DNA of 64,000 nt from the NCBI GenBank assembly GCA_036310005.1, contig JAXJSP010000039.1:2378-66377 (forward strand), written 5' to 3'. A program made the position numbers and the translations under genes. Below the pieces are notes generated by a model. That model saw only the letters and a list, made by a program, of their open reading frames with translations. It made no database searches and was not told the DNA's origin. Origin of the DNA: Acutalibacteraceae bacterium (lineage in GTDB: Bacteria; Bacillota; Clostridia; Oscillospirales; Acutalibacteraceae). The first letter of the stretch is position 1; every line of letters starts with the position of its first letter. Below are positions 1-10,455 of the stretch, piece by piece.

Positions 1-526
1 CTACATTATTAACAGTAATTTTGTCCTTTGCAAGTTGTAAAGAAAGTGATTTTACCATATTGGTCTGTGCCGCTTTACTTGCAGAATACACAAGCATATC
101 AGGATGCGGCTTTGCCTCCTGAACAGAGCCGATTGTAATTATTCTGCCAAAACCGTTTTTCTTCATATATGGTACTACCGACTGAATCAACAACATACTC
201 GAAACAAAGTTACAATTTAATTGTTCATAACAAGCTTGAGTAGTAATATCAGCCCAAGGTGTGCGATACTGTAATGATGCATTGAGAATAAGTACATCAA
301 CATCATTTACTTTTTCAGCAAGTGACTTTGTTTGATTCAAATCACAAAGGTTTGCTGTAACAACCTGCGCCTGACCACCGTTTTTAGTTATGATTTCGGC
401 TGTTTCGAGAGCTTTTTGAGTATTTCCTGCCCCGTGAATATATACAAAATATCCGTCTTTTGCAAGGCGAATTGCTATCGCCCTTCCGATTCCTCTTGAA
501 GAACCGGTAACTAATGCTTTTTTCAT
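1..526 (-). CDS. SDR-family oxidoreductase (3' end runs off the window)
   Basis: Reverse translation from ATG 524-526 reads MKKALVTGSSRGIGRAIAIRLAKDG (TGxxxGIG Rossmann motif) and later YSASKAA (YxxxK). SD aaggtga lies upstream. Not in the ORF track because it is cut by the window edge. Confidence 0.8.
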   Translation of the reverse strand, partial: MKKALVTGSSRGIGRAIAIRLAKDGYFVYIHGAGNTQKALETAEIITKNGGQAQVVTANLCDLNQTKSLAEKVNDVDVLILNASLQYRTPWADITTQACYEQLNCNFVSSMLLIQSVVPYMKKNGFGRIITIGSVQEAKPHPDMLVYSASKAAQTNMVKSLSLQLAKDKITVNNV

Positions 527-545
527 ATTATCACCTTACTGAAAC

Positions 546-1454
546 TTAAAGTGCGGACTGTGTATCGTTGGGGTCACCGTTTATTGCAAGGTCATATTCT
601 TCCGACCAATCAAGTCCTCGATAATCGGCTGCTCTTTCATCTTTTTCGATAAAGTCCATAAGAAGGTCAAGCATATCCTTTGACCAGGTGTTTTTATCTA
701 TTTGTGAAGGAGTAAACTTGTTGATTGATACCATTTCAAAACCGAAAAGGTCTTTTACTTGAGTCTTTGCCGCACCGCCGACGACTTCTTCAACCAAGTG
801 AGACGGTATGAACAAAACACCGCCGCCTGCACCAAAGACTACATCTCCGGGCAGACAAATTGCGTTACCGATTCTGGTAGCAGTGTTATAACCTGTGATT
901 ATGAAATCACGAATCGGTGTCGGATCAATACCGCGATAATAAACCTGTGTATCTTCAATTTTTTTCATTTGTTCGGTATCTCTTACGCCGCCCCAAACAA
1001 CAGCTCCGCCATTTTCATTTTTAGTTTTATTATAAATAGCATTTGTAAGATTACCGCCAAGGAAAGTACCCTTATAAATCTTATCATACATATCAATAAC
1101 CGGAACGTCATATTCCATAAGATTATCAATTATCCATTGATTATAGGTACCTGTTCTGCCTTCACTTCTGCCTATATCTTTTATAGTTTCATCAAGGTCA
1201 GGACGGAATGGGCAATATGTAGCAGTAACTGCTCGACCGATAAGTTTTCTGCCGTCATCGTGCAAAGTATGAAGTCTGCCTTCAAACTGACTTTCATATC
1301 CTTTAACAAAAATAGGTTTCCAAACTTCTTCAAGAGTTAATGTTTTAAGTGCTTTTAAATATTTTTCATCAACCTTAGGTCTTCCGTCGGGCAAGCGCTC
1401 GCCTTTCCATTGTGGTGTTAAAGCAATTATTTCTTCTTTGCTGTTAAAATTCAT
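546..1454 (-). CDS. RraA-family / class II aldolase-like protein, long form
   Basis: ORF 546..1478. Start moved to ATG 1452-1454 (MNFNSKEE), which follows SD aagaggag. The GGNLTNA...VWGGVRD...YRGIDPTP segment resembles the RraA / HMG-CHA aldolase fold. Confidence 0.6.
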   Translation of the reverse strand: MNFNSKEEIIALTPQWKGERLPDGRPKVDEKYLKALKTLTLEEVWKPIFVKGYESQFEGRLHTLHDDGRKLIGRAVTATYCPFRPDLDETIKDIGRSEGRTGTYNQWIIDNLMEYDVPVIDMYDKIYKGTFLGGNLTNAIYNKTKNENGGAVVWGGVRDTEQMKKIEDTQVYYRGIDPTPIRDFIITGYNTATRIGNAICLPGDVVFGAGGGVLFIPSHLVEEVVGGAAKTQVKDLFGFEMVSINKFTPSQIDKNTWSKDMLDLLMDFIEKDERAADYRGLDWSEEYDLAINGDPNDTQSAL

Positions 1455-1468
1455 TATTAATACTCCTC

Positions 1469-2806
1469 TTAACTCCAAATTCTATCATTTGAAAATTCTC
1501 TGTCCCATTCAGTAGTAGGCTCAAAATATCCAGGAATTTGCGGATTAATATGTTGTTTAATAACTTCTTCATTAATATCATCAAAACCAAGTCCCGGTTT
1601 TTCAGGCACTTTGATAAATCCGTTTTCAAACAACGGGTTATTAATGCCGGTAACAATATCAGCCCACCAAGGAACATCAACAGAGTGAAACTCAAGTGCT
1701 AAACAGTTATGCATTGCAGCAGCAGTATGTACAGCGGCAAGGCAAGCAATCGGGCTTTCAGCCATATGAACAGCAGTTGCAACACCGTGTTCATCAGCAA
1801 TATCAGAAATCTTTTTAAGTTCCAAAGCACCGCCGCAAGTTAAAATGTCAGGGTGAATTACTGAAACACCGCCTGCTTTAATAAGTGTTTCAAAGCCTTC
1901 TTTAAGATAGATATCTTCGCCGGTACAAACAGGAATTGTTGTGCTGTTTTTAAGTCTGACATATTGGTCTGTGTACATCCAAGGAATCATATCTTCTATC
2001 CAAGCAAGGTTATAAGATTCCATTCTTCTTGCAAAGCGGATGCAGTCTTCAACGCAAATGTGTCCGAAATGGTCGATAGCAAGAGGTACTTCATAGCCGA
2101 TAACTTCTCTTACTTCCTTAACATAATTTTCAAGGAAATCAAGTCCCTTTTCTGTTAAATGAATACCTGTATGAGGATGAGCAGTAGTAACTATGGAATA
2201 ACTCTTTTGATGTTTTACCATATCTGCAGTGACACTGCCGCCTTGAACATTAAGAATATGGCTTGCATATTTCTTCATATCCTCAATAAAGCCTAAAGGT
2301 GCATTTAATGTACCTGGTTCATCAAGCAAAAGACCGATACCGAGGTCCATTTTTAAGAATGTGAATCCCATTTCCATTCTCTTTTTAAGAGCAAGTCCCA
2401 TATCGTGACCTGTATGTTTACCGTCAACATCAGTATCACAGTAAACTCGAACTTCATCACGGAATTTTCCGCCTAATAATTGATATACAGGAACTCCGTA
2501 TGCTTTGCCTGCTAAGTCCCAAAGTGCAATTTCAATACCTGAAACGCCGCCACCCTGACGAGAAGGACCGCCGAACTGTTTAATTTTATGAAAAATCTTG
2601 TCAACATTACAAGGATTTTCACCAACAATACGGCTTTTAAGCATTAAAGCATAAGTTTTAGAAGATGCATCACGCACTTCACCATAACCGCTGATACCTT
2701 GGTTAGTATCAATTCTTAAGATTGTGCATCTTTTCGGTGCTCCATCAATATCAACAAAGCGCATGTCTGTAATTTTTAAATTGCTTGGGTTTGAACACTG
2801 ATTCAT
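1469..2806 (-). CDS. Enolase-superfamily (mandelate racemase/muconate lactonizing) acid-sugar dehydratase-like protein
   Basis: 445 aa. GYGEVRD, FTFLKMDLG, LAIDHFGH and WIEDMIP segments are typical of MR/MLE barrel enzymes. SD aaggag precedes the ATG. Confidence 0.75.
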   Translation of the reverse strand: MNQCSNPSNLKITDMRFVDIDGAPKRCTILRIDTNQGISGYGEVRDASSKTYALMLKSRIVGENPCNVDKIFHKIKQFGGPSRQGGGVSGIEIALWDLAGKAYGVPVYQLLGGKFRDEVRVYCDTDVDGKHTGHDMGLALKKRMEMGFTFLKMDLGIGLLLDEPGTLNAPLGFIEDMKKYASHILNVQGGSVTADMVKHQKSYSIVTTAHPHTGIHLTEKGLDFLENYVKEVREVIGYEVPLAIDHFGHICVEDCIRFARRMESYNLAWIEDMIPWMYTDQYVRLKNSTTIPVCTGEDIYLKEGFETLIKAGGVSVIHPDILTCGGALELKKISDIADEHGVATAVHMAESPIACLAAVHTAAAMHNCLALEFHSVDVPWWADIVTGINNPLFENGFIKVPEKPGLGFDDINEEVIKQHINPQIPGYFEPTTEWDREFSNDRIWS

Positions 2807-2843
2807 AATAATAAACTCCTTTATATTTAATGGGTTTAACTAA

Positions 2844-4205
2844 TTACAATGTAATAACAACATCATTATTATCGTTTTTTAATACATCAAATGTTTTAAT
2901 CTCTCCGTCGATTTCGATTTCATAAGAACCGTAAAAGCCTCTGAAATCGACTCTACCGTTTTCATCGGTCGTAAGATCAAGTTCGGTGTGCCATTTTTCA
3001 TTCAATAAATAATAAAGTCTTTCAGCTGATTTTTTAGGTGTTAAATCTCTGTGGAAAAGTCCGCCGCGGCAATTATTTTCATTCCAACCGTTGCGTGAAT
3101 ATCCTGTTCTGTCAACAGAATTCCAATAAACGATAGTTTCCATTTTAGGAATAGAGAACCAAATAGTATAAAATGTTTCAAGAAGGTCTGCCTGTATAAG
3201 TTCAGCTTCTTCATCATCGCCCGGAGTCGGTATTGTACATTCGGTAATCTCAAGCGGAAGTCCGAAATCTGAAAGATAATCTAATGATTTAAAATAGTCT
3301 TCGGGGTTCATACGGTTTGAATAACTTGCTATTAATTCATCGCTTGGTTGTTCGCCTTCATCAAGTTCAACCGCATAAAAAATATGATTTTGAAAACCGA
3401 TTTTATCTATAGGTGTACCTTTTGCAAGTAATTTTTCAAGTTGTAAATAATACTTTGCGTAATAGCCTTCTTTTGCTATAACATTCAACTCAGGCGCGCC
3501 TTCATTCATTACAAGTGTTTCATTTGGGAAATACTTTCTTGCAAGGTCAAATGCCCATTCTACTATATCTTTCTTATAAGAGAGAATACTTGATTCGCCT
3601 TCATCCACCCATCCGGGAGAACAGAGTGTTTCGTTAATTACCTCAAACTCAAACATTTTTCCGCAATAACGCTCTGAAATTTCACGAAAACGCTTTTCAT
3701 ACAGTTCTCGCATTTTCTTTTCGTCTTGCTTTGGCAACCAATCGGGTATTGCCATATATTTATCATAAAATAAACAATGCAGTTTTGGTAAAATTCCGTT
3801 TTCGTTACAATATTCTACGCAAAGGTCGGGTGCGGGACGACGATATACTTTAGGGCTGTTTTTTTCATAACGGGTTTTACCTTCTTCAGGTTCGGTACCT
3901 TCCCAATAAAAAGGCACGGTAGCCGCATTAAAGTATTTTTTGAACATCTCGCGATATGCAATATTATCCTTTTGATCATCAAATTCGTCTAACATAAAAA
4001 TATTAGCACCGAAATTAAATTCGTGCGTTTTCTGACGAACAGACACTTTCTTATTAACAATCGGATTTCCGTTTTTATCGTTAATAATAAGTTGTTTATC
4101 GCCTTTTCGATACTTTTCAATATCTCGATCGCATCTTTCTTTTGTTGCTTGTTTTTGCTCCTCAATTTTCTCAAACCAAATTTTTCTGATCTCTTTTGAT
4201 GTCAT
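2844..4205 (-). CDS. GH10-like glycoside hydrolase, no signal peptide
   Basis: 453 aa. FNAATVPFYW...EP..G, FEVINETL (acid/base-like NE) and LEITECTIP (nucleophile-like TE) resemble GH10 xylanase motifs. The N-terminus is hydrophilic. Confidence 0.55.
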   Translation of the reverse strand: MTSKEIRKIWFEKIEEQKQATKERCDRDIEKYRKGDKQLIINDKNGNPIVNKKVSVRQKTHEFNFGANIFMLDEFDDQKDNIAYREMFKKYFNAATVPFYWEGTEPEEGKTRYEKNSPKVYRRPAPDLCVEYCNENGILPKLHCLFYDKYMAIPDWLPKQDEKKMRELYEKRFREISERYCGKMFEFEVINETLCSPGWVDEGESSILSYKKDIVEWAFDLARKYFPNETLVMNEGAPELNVIAKEGYYAKYYLQLEKLLAKGTPIDKIGFQNHIFYAVELDEGEQPSDELIASYSNRMNPEDYFKSLDYLSDFGLPLEITECTIPTPGDDEEAELIQADLLETFYTIWFSIPKMETIVYWNSVDRTGYSRNGWNENNCRGGLFHRDLTPKKSAERLYYLLNEKWHTELDLTTDENGRVDFRGFYGSYEIEIDGEIKTFDVLKNDNNDVVITL

Positions 4206-4353
4206 TTTGAACCCCTCTTTTTTAATAAAATGTTGTTCACCGTTTGAATTATAACATTTTCAATTATTGGATGTACACCTAATAAACAAAATTACAGGTT
4301 GAATTTTCGAAACAAAATTGGTATAATTTATTTAAAATAATGCGGAGGTTGTT

Positions 4354-5115
4354 ATGTTTTTCGAAAAAGAAACACTGTCTTTTAATATTTTAGACGTTAT
4401 TGAAATCAAACAAAACAACATAAACACTTTCAATAGCGAAAGAAATTTTTGTGCTCTTTCCTTTCGTTTTAAATCTGATGCGATTCTTAAGACTAAAACA
4501 AAAGAATACTTTTTAAGTGATAATACTGTAAGTTATATTGCCTCAAGAATAAATTACAGTCGAGAAGCATCGGTTGATGATATGATTGTTATTCATTTTG
4601 ATTCAATCGACTACCACACAAAACAGATTGAACATTTTATACCTCAAAACGCTGATGCTATTTCTGAATTATTCAGCAAAATATTAGAATGTTGGAATAA
4701 AAAAGACTGCGGATACAAATATAAATGTTCTGCAATTTTATATGAAATTTTTGCTGAATGTTATATTCAAAATTATATTTCACAACCAAACAATTCAAAA
4801 ATTCAAAATTCTGTCGATTATATTTTAGAAAACTATAAAAACGCAAACTTAAGTATAAAAGAAATATCGCAAAAATCTTTTATGAGCGAAGTATATTTCA
4901 GAAAATTATTTAAGAAAGAATATGGTGTTTCTCCACAAAAATACATAATTAATTTACGCATACAGCACGCTATTGGTTTGATTTCAACCGGTTATTATCA
5001 ACTAAAAGAGATAGCGGTATTATCTGGATATAATGATTATAAGTATTTTTCTACCGAATTTAAAAAAATAATCGGTGTATCGCCCTCTGAATATCTGTAT
5101 AACTACAAAGAATAA
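4354..5115 (+). CDS. AraC-family transcriptional regulator
   Basis: C-terminal double HTH (SEVYFRKLFKKEYGVSPQKY, GYNDYKYFSTEFKKIIGVSPSEY). Divergent from the GH10-like gene. Confidence 0.85.
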   Translation: MFFEKETLSFNILDVIEIKQNNINTFNSERNFCALSFRFKSDAILKTKTKEYFLSDNTVSYIASRINYSREASVDDMIVIHFDSIDYHTKQIEHFIPQNADAISELFSKILECWNKKDCGYKYKCSAILYEIFAECYIQNYISQPNNSKIQNSVDYILENYKNANLSIKEISQKSFMSEVYFRKLFKKEYGVSPQKYIINLRIQHAIGLISTGYYQLKEIAVLSGYNDYKYFSTEFKKIIGVSPSEYLYNYKE

Positions 5116-5120
5116 TTTTA

Positions 5121-5163
5121 AAAAAAAGTCAAGAACTTCTGATATACTTGAAGTCTTGACTCT
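5121..5163. terminator. Hairpin between convergent AraC genes
   Basis: agtcaagaacttc / gaagtcttgact arms with one bulge. The A-run on the plus side gives a U-run for the minus-strand gene. Confidence 0.5.
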
Positions 5164-5194
5164 AAATTTAATTTATCATGTATTACTGTAAACT

Positions 5195-6004
5195 CTATTC
5201 TTTAATATACTGTTTAGGTGTTTTACCGAAGGTGCGCTTAAAACTTCTAATCAAGTTACAAGTATCACCAAACCCGCAATCAATTGCAATTTCTTGTTCT
5301 GTTTTTCCCATTTTAAGCAGCTTAACTGCCTGTTTCAACCTGCATTTTAATATATAGCTTCCGAATGTACTTGATGTATATTCTTTAAAACCTACCATAA
5401 GAGTAGTTCTGCACACGCCGAGTTTTCGGGCCAATTCTTCCGCTATAATTTTTTCGTTATAATGTGTGCTGATATATGTTATCGCTCCGATGATATATGA
5501 CGGTACCGATACTTCATCATTTTCCTCGTTTTCACATATATCACTTATTAATGAAATCAGATATAAAAGTAAAAGTTTTCTTCTGAATATATTAGCTTCA
5601 TTTTTGATTTTATCAACTATCTCTACAAAAGTTTGTTGTTCTTTTTCGCTTATGATAATTATTTTCCCGTTTTTACCGAAAACGCTGAAGAGTTTTTTAT
5701 TTTCAGGCAAAGTAATATCAGCGAAATCTTCAGAAAACAGTACATTCAAACGTCGATAAACAGTATTTCCTTTACTGATTATAAAATGCGGAGTAGACGG
5801 TTTTGTCAAAACTATTTTACTTTCACTTCCCTCTTGAACGCTGTCAGAGAGTAAAACTTTAACATCACCCGAAATAATAAAACTTATTTCATAATAATCA
5901 TGCATGTGGAAATCGTTCATTTTTGAACGATAACCTTCATAATAATCTATGTTTAAGTCGTTCCAGGTCTTACGATAATCAAGATTATCTAAATTAGCAG
6001 ACAT
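5195..6004 (-). CDS. AraC-family transcriptional regulator (cupin-like N-terminal domain)
   Basis: 269 aa. C-terminal HTH segments LARKLGVCRTTLMVGFKEY and CGFGDTCNLIRSFKRTFGKTPKQY. Confidence 0.85.
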   Translation of the reverse strand: MSANLDNLDYRKTWNDLNIDYYEGYRSKMNDFHMHDYYEISFIISGDVKVLLSDSVQEGSESKIVLTKPSTPHFIISKGNTVYRRLNVLFSEDFADITLPENKKLFSVFGKNGKIIIISEKEQQTFVEIVDKIKNEANIFRRKLLLLYLISLISDICENEENDEVSVPSYIIGAITYISTHYNEKIIAEELARKLGVCRTTLMVGFKEYTSSTFGSYILKCRLKQAVKLLKMGKTEQEIAIDCGFGDTCNLIRSFKRTFGKTPKQYIKE

Positions 6005-6139
6005 ATTTATCTCTCCTTCTAAATAAAATTATAATTAAATTTTGAATGATTTTCAATACTTAAACCTGTTTTATTTATAAAAAAGAAATAATTTTGAACG
6101 ATTTGCTATTTATTCGCCATATTAATGCACAATTATATA

Positions 6140-6167
6140 TTGAAAAGTATTGTAATTTTAATATAAT
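6140..6167 (+). promoter_or_regulatory. Sigma-A-like promoter for uxaBAC
   Basis: TTGAAA, 16 nt spacer, TATAAT, about 35 nt upstream of the uxaB ATG. Confidence 0.4.
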
Positions 6168-6202
6168 ATGATTATAATTTTAATATGTAAGAGGGTAATA
6201 AT

Positions 6203-7477
6203 ATGAAAAATCAAAAAACCGTATCAAGACCTATAAAAGTAATTCAATTCGGTGAAGGCGGATTTCTGCGTGGCTTTGCCGACTGGATGCTGCAAAAACT
6301 CAACGATATTAACGAATTTAACGGTAATGTTGTTGTAGTACAACCTATTGAACAAGGTATGTGTGATGCACTCAGTGAACAAAACTGTCTTTACACTCAT
6401 ATTATCCGCGGCAGCGAAGGTGTTGAAATTACTAAAGTTGATGTGATTTCTTCATGCGTTAAGCCTTATGAAAACTTTGAAGAATATTTAAAACTTGCCG
6501 ATATTCCCGAGGCACGCTTTATAATTTCAAATACTACAGAGGCCGGCATAACATTCAGCGCCGATGATAAAATCACAGACACACCGCCTGCTACATTCCC
6601 CGCAAAACTGACTCTTCTTATGAAAAGAAGATTTGATAACAATCTAAAAGGCTTTATTCTTTTACCGTGCGAACTTATTGACCATAACGGAGATAATTTA
6701 AAAAGAACTGTACTTCAATATGCTGAGTTGTGGAATTTAGGCGACGATTTTAAGAACTGGATAGAAAATGAAAATATTTTCTGCAACACGCTTGTTGACA
6801 GAATCAACACCGGTTATCCGCGCGACGAAAAAATAGAACTTGGATACACCGACAATCTTATTAATACTTCTGAATATTTTCATCTTTGGGTAATTGAAAC
6901 CGACTATGATTTAGAAAGCGAAATTCCTTTTTCAAAGGCAAATCTTAATGTTATAATTACAAAAGATGCACTTGAATGTTATCATACCCGTAAGGTTCGC
7001 ATACTAAACGGTGCTCACACTTCTATGGTGGCTTATGCACTTTTATCGGGATTTGACACAGTTAAGTCTTGCATGGATGATGAAAAAATGTATTCATTTG
7101 TTAAATCTTGCCTTTTTGATGAAATAATTCCAACACTTAATATGGATAGAGACGAATTAACAGAATACGCTGAAAATGTACTTATCCGCTTTAAAAACCC
7201 ATATATTAAGCATTATCTTTCTTCAATAGCGCTTAACTCCGTAAGCAAATTCAGAGTCAGAGTCTTGCCCTCAATTCTTGAATACAAAAAAATCTTTGGA
7301 AAATATCCGAAAAATCTTATGTTCTCCTTTAAGAAATTAATTGAATTCTACAAAGAAGGTACTCCTAATGATTCCGAAGATGTCATAAAATTTATTAAAG
7401 AATCTTCTATTGCTGAAATTCTTAAAAATGAAACATTGTGGGGTACAGATTTATCAGATATGTTAGGAGAATTCTAA
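6203..7477 (+). CDS. uxaB: Tagaturonate reductase (altronate oxidoreductase), mannitol dehydrogenase family
   Basis: N-terminus VIQFGEGGFLRGFADWM is typical of UxaB. Immediately followed by uxaA and uxaC. Confidence 0.8.
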   Translation: MKNQKTVSRPIKVIQFGEGGFLRGFADWMLQKLNDINEFNGNVVVVQPIEQGMCDALSEQNCLYTHIIRGSEGVEITKVDVISSCVKPYENFEEYLKLADIPEARFIISNTTEAGITFSADDKITDTPPATFPAKLTLLMKRRFDNNLKGFILLPCELIDHNGDNLKRTVLQYAELWNLGDDFKNWIENENIFCNTLVDRINTGYPRDEKIELGYTDNLINTSEYFHLWVIETDYDLESEIPFSKANLNVIITKDALECYHTRKVRILNGAHTSMVAYALLSGFDTVKSCMDDEKMYSFVKSCLFDEIIPTLNMDRDELTEYAENVLIRFKNPYIKHYLSSIALNSVSKFRVRVLPSILEYKKIFGKYPKNLMFSFKKLIEFYKEGTPNDSEDVIKFIKESSIAEILKNETLWGTDLSDMLGEF

Positions 7478-7479
7478 CT

Positions 7480-8856
7480 ATGCAAATACATCCATCAGAT
7501 AATGTTGAAGTGCGTGATGACGGACAAAAATATGCACTCAAAACGATTAAAACAGATGAAAATGTTATTAAATACGGTTATCCTATCGGCTCAGCAAAGT
7601 GCGAAATTCAAGCAGGCGAAAAAGTATCTCCAAAAAATTTGCGTTCAAACTTACAGGGTATGGGAGAATGGACTTATACTCCCGCTAAAACCGTATCTAT
7701 AGGCTCGAAAACTGGAGAATTTATGGGATATCTTCGTAAAAACGGAGATGTTGGTATTCGAAATGAACTGTGGATAGTGCCGACCGTTGGTTGCATAAAT
7801 GACATCGCTAAATCAATTGCAGAAAAAACAGGCGGCAAAGCACTAACCCACCCTTACGGTTGTTCGCAACTTGGTAATGATTTACATACAACGCAAAAAA
7901 TTCTATGCGGTCTTATTAAGCATCCGAATGCCGGCGGAGTACTCGTACTCGGTCTCGGCTGTGAAGAAAACGGAATCGGTGAAATGATAAAAGTTCTTGG
8001 TGATTATGACAAAAAGCGTATCCGCTTTATCAACATACAAGATTGCAAGGATGAAATTGCCGAAGGAATCTATGTTGCAAATGAACTCAAAGCCATTATA
8101 AACACTGACAAAAAGACACCTGTTCCGATATCAAAATTACGAATAGCAGTTAAATGCGGCGGAAGTGACGGATATAGCGGAATTACTGCAAACCCGCTTG
8201 TAGGCAGAGCGATGGAAAAATTTGCTGACTACGGTGCTACTATACTGATGAGTGAAATTCCCGAAGTATTCGGTGCCGAACAATTGCTTCTTTCTCGCAG
8301 CGAAAACGAAGAAGTTTTTAATGAAGTTGCAAATCTTATCCGCGCCTTTCGTAAATATTTCATTGACCACGGAGAAGGTATTTCAGATAACCCTTCACCC
8401 GGAAATATTGCCGGCGGAATTTCTACGCTTGAAGAAAAGTCGCTTGGTTGTGTGCAAAAGGCCGGTAATGTAATACTTCGCGGTGCTTTAAACTTCGGCG
8501 AAATGCCTAAATCAAGCGGAGGACTTTATCTTGTAAACGGGCCCGGAAATGATATGGTTGCAGTAACTAATCTTGCTGCATCAGGCGCACATATAATTCT
8601 TTTTACAACAGGCAGAGGTACACCGCTTGCCGCACCTATACCTACTGTTAAAATTTCTACCAATTCTAATTTAGCAACACGCAAGCCTCATTGGATAGAT
8701 TTTAATGCCGGAGTACTTTTAGATGGTGCTAATATGGACAAACTCAGCGAATATTTATTTAATCTTTGCTGCGATATTGCAAACGGACAAGAACCTAAAA
8801 GTGAAGCAAAAAGATATTATGATATTGCCATATTCAAAGATGGTGTAACACTTTAA
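7480..8856 (+). CDS. uxaA: Altronate dehydratase
   Basis: ORF 7438..8856. Start moved to ATG 7480, after SD aggaga and 2 nt past the uxaB stop. SAF-like N-terminus followed by a UxaA/GarD C-terminal domain. Confidence 0.85.
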   Translation: MQIHPSDNVEVRDDGQKYALKTIKTDENVIKYGYPIGSAKCEIQAGEKVSPKNLRSNLQGMGEWTYTPAKTVSIGSKTGEFMGYLRKNGDVGIRNELWIVPTVGCINDIAKSIAEKTGGKALTHPYGCSQLGNDLHTTQKILCGLIKHPNAGGVLVLGLGCEENGIGEMIKVLGDYDKKRIRFINIQDCKDEIAEGIYVANELKAIINTDKKTPVPISKLRIAVKCGGSDGYSGITANPLVGRAMEKFADYGATILMSEIPEVFGAEQLLLSRSENEEVFNEVANLIRAFRKYFIDHGEGISDNPSPGNIAGGISTLEEKSLGCVQKAGNVILRGALNFGEMPKSSGGLYLVNGPGNDMVAVTNLAASGAHIILFTTGRGTPLAAPIPTVKISTNSNLATRKPHWIDFNAGVLLDGANMDKLSEYLFNLCCDIANGQEPKSEAKRYYDIAIFKDGVTL

Positions 8857-8884
8857 TCAATTTTAATTTCACAAGGAGGAAATT

Positions 8885-10273
8885 ATGAGTTATATTAATA
8901 ATGATTTTTTACTTACTACAAAGACTGCAAAGGTACTTTACAATGATTATGCAAAAGACATGCCTATTTTTGACTATCATTGTCACCTGCCCGAAAAACA
9001 AATTTTAGAGAACAAGCCTTTTAACGACCTTTTTGAAATCTGGCTTGCGGGCGATCATTATAAATGGCGTCTTATGAGAAACTACGGTATAAGTGAGCAA
9101 TTTATTACCGGCAAAGCATCTAATAAGGATAAATTCTTAGCATACTGCAAAGTATTAGGTACTGCTTTCGGTAACCCGCTTTACCACTGGTCACAGATTG
9201 AACTCCAAGAATTCTTTGGCTGTGAAAAAGAAATCAACGAGCAAAATGCACAAGCCATTTGGGAAGAGTGTAATGCTTATATTTTAGAAAACAAACTTAC
9301 TCCGCAAAAATTAATTGAAAGTTCAAATGTTAAACATCTGTTTACAACCAATGAAGTTTTTGATGACCTTACAACATTTGAAAAAATCAAGGAAAAAGGA
9401 TATAACTTTACTGTTGCACCTGCTTTCAGAGCTGATAAAATAATGAACATTGAAGCCGACGGGTATTTAAATTTTGTTTTTAAACTTTCTGAACTTACTT
9501 TTTCAATCAATAATATTTCGGATCTTGAAAAAGCACTTGAAAATCGCCTCAATGAGTTTATTAAAGTCGGCTCAAAGGCCAGCGATATTGCAGTTGAGAG
9601 AATTTGTCCCGTAACTTCGCAAGAAAAGGCTAATGAAGTTTTTGTTAAAGTTCTCGGCGGCGCTAAACCTTCATTACAAGAAAGCGAAATATTCAAAGGA
9701 TATATTACATATTTCCTTATGAAAATGTATGCTAAATATAATATCGCTACAGAGGTACATATAGGTGCTATGCGTAATAACAATACCAAAATGTTGAATG
9801 CACTCGGACTTGATACAGGTTTTGACAGTATTTCTGATACAAACAGCATTACCAATCTTTCACGACTTATGGATAAACTTAATCTTGAAGGATGCTTACC
9901 GAAAACTATTATATTTAACTTAAACCCGAAAATGAATTCAGAGATTATGTCGCTTATCGGTTGTTTTCAAAGTGATGAAGCCAGAGGAAAAATTCAATAC
10001 GGTCCAGCGTGGTGGTTCCTTGATAACAAGGTTGGAATGGAACAGCATCTTCGCGATCTTACTGCAACAGGACATATTGCAGTATTTGTCGGTATGCTTA
10101 CAGACAGTCGTTCATTACTCTCATATCCGAGACACCACTATTTCCGCAGAATTCTGTGCGAGTATTTGGGCGGCATGATGGAAAACGGTGAGATGACTTC
10201 GGATATTTCTTTTGTAGGAGAAGTTGTCAAAGATATTTGCTTTAATAATTCAGTAGAATATTTTGGCGTTTAA
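8885..10273 (+). CDS. uxaC: Glucuronate isomerase
   Basis: N-terminus FLL.T..A..LY......PI.DYHCHL is typical of UxaC. 462 aa. SD aaggagga. Confidence 0.9.
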   Translation: MSYINNDFLLTTKTAKVLYNDYAKDMPIFDYHCHLPEKQILENKPFNDLFEIWLAGDHYKWRLMRNYGISEQFITGKASNKDKFLAYCKVLGTAFGNPLYHWSQIELQEFFGCEKEINEQNAQAIWEECNAYILENKLTPQKLIESSNVKHLFTTNEVFDDLTTFEKIKEKGYNFTVAPAFRADKIMNIEADGYLNFVFKLSELTFSINNISDLEKALENRLNEFIKVGSKASDIAVERICPVTSQEKANEVFVKVLGGAKPSLQESEIFKGYITYFLMKMYAKYNIATEVHIGAMRNNNTKMLNALGLDTGFDSISDTNSITNLSRLMDKLNLEGCLPKTIIFNLNPKMNSEIMSLIGCFQSDEARGKIQYGPAWWFLDNKVGMEQHLRDLTATGHIAVFVGMLTDSRSLLSYPRHHYFRRILCEYLGGMMENGEMTSDISFVGEVVKDICFNNSVEYFGV

Positions 10274-10315
10274 TTTAACATTTGATAATATCATTATATA
10301 CTGACTAAAATTACT

Positions 10316-10354
10316 ATGCACCCCAACTACATTTCTCTTTTGGGGTGCATTTTA
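10316..10354 (+). terminator. Intrinsic terminator after uxaC
   Basis: atgcaccccaa / ttggggtgcat arms followed by a T-rich tract. Confidence 0.7.
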
Positions 10355-10455
10355 AATTTTAAAGTAATCAAAATAATTCATTTGAATAATAGCAAAAAAT
10401 GTCGAGAAAATTTAAACTTGAATTTTATAAAATAAATGCAGCGGGTGGTGATAGA

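Noticed and set aside
759-1340. 193-aa plus-strand ORF, and similar track ORFs at 1444-1695, 1964-2158, 3041-3253, 5466-5759, 9277-9855, 18154-18465, 19415-19915, 26379-26690, 34913-35308, 45162-45557, 54115-54525, 56519-56893, 58292-58711, 59553-59864 and 60493-60852.
   Set aside because: All lie antisense to or out of frame within long ORFs that carry clear family motifs. They have low-complexity or hydrophobic compositions typical of AT-rich shadow frames, and none has an SD.
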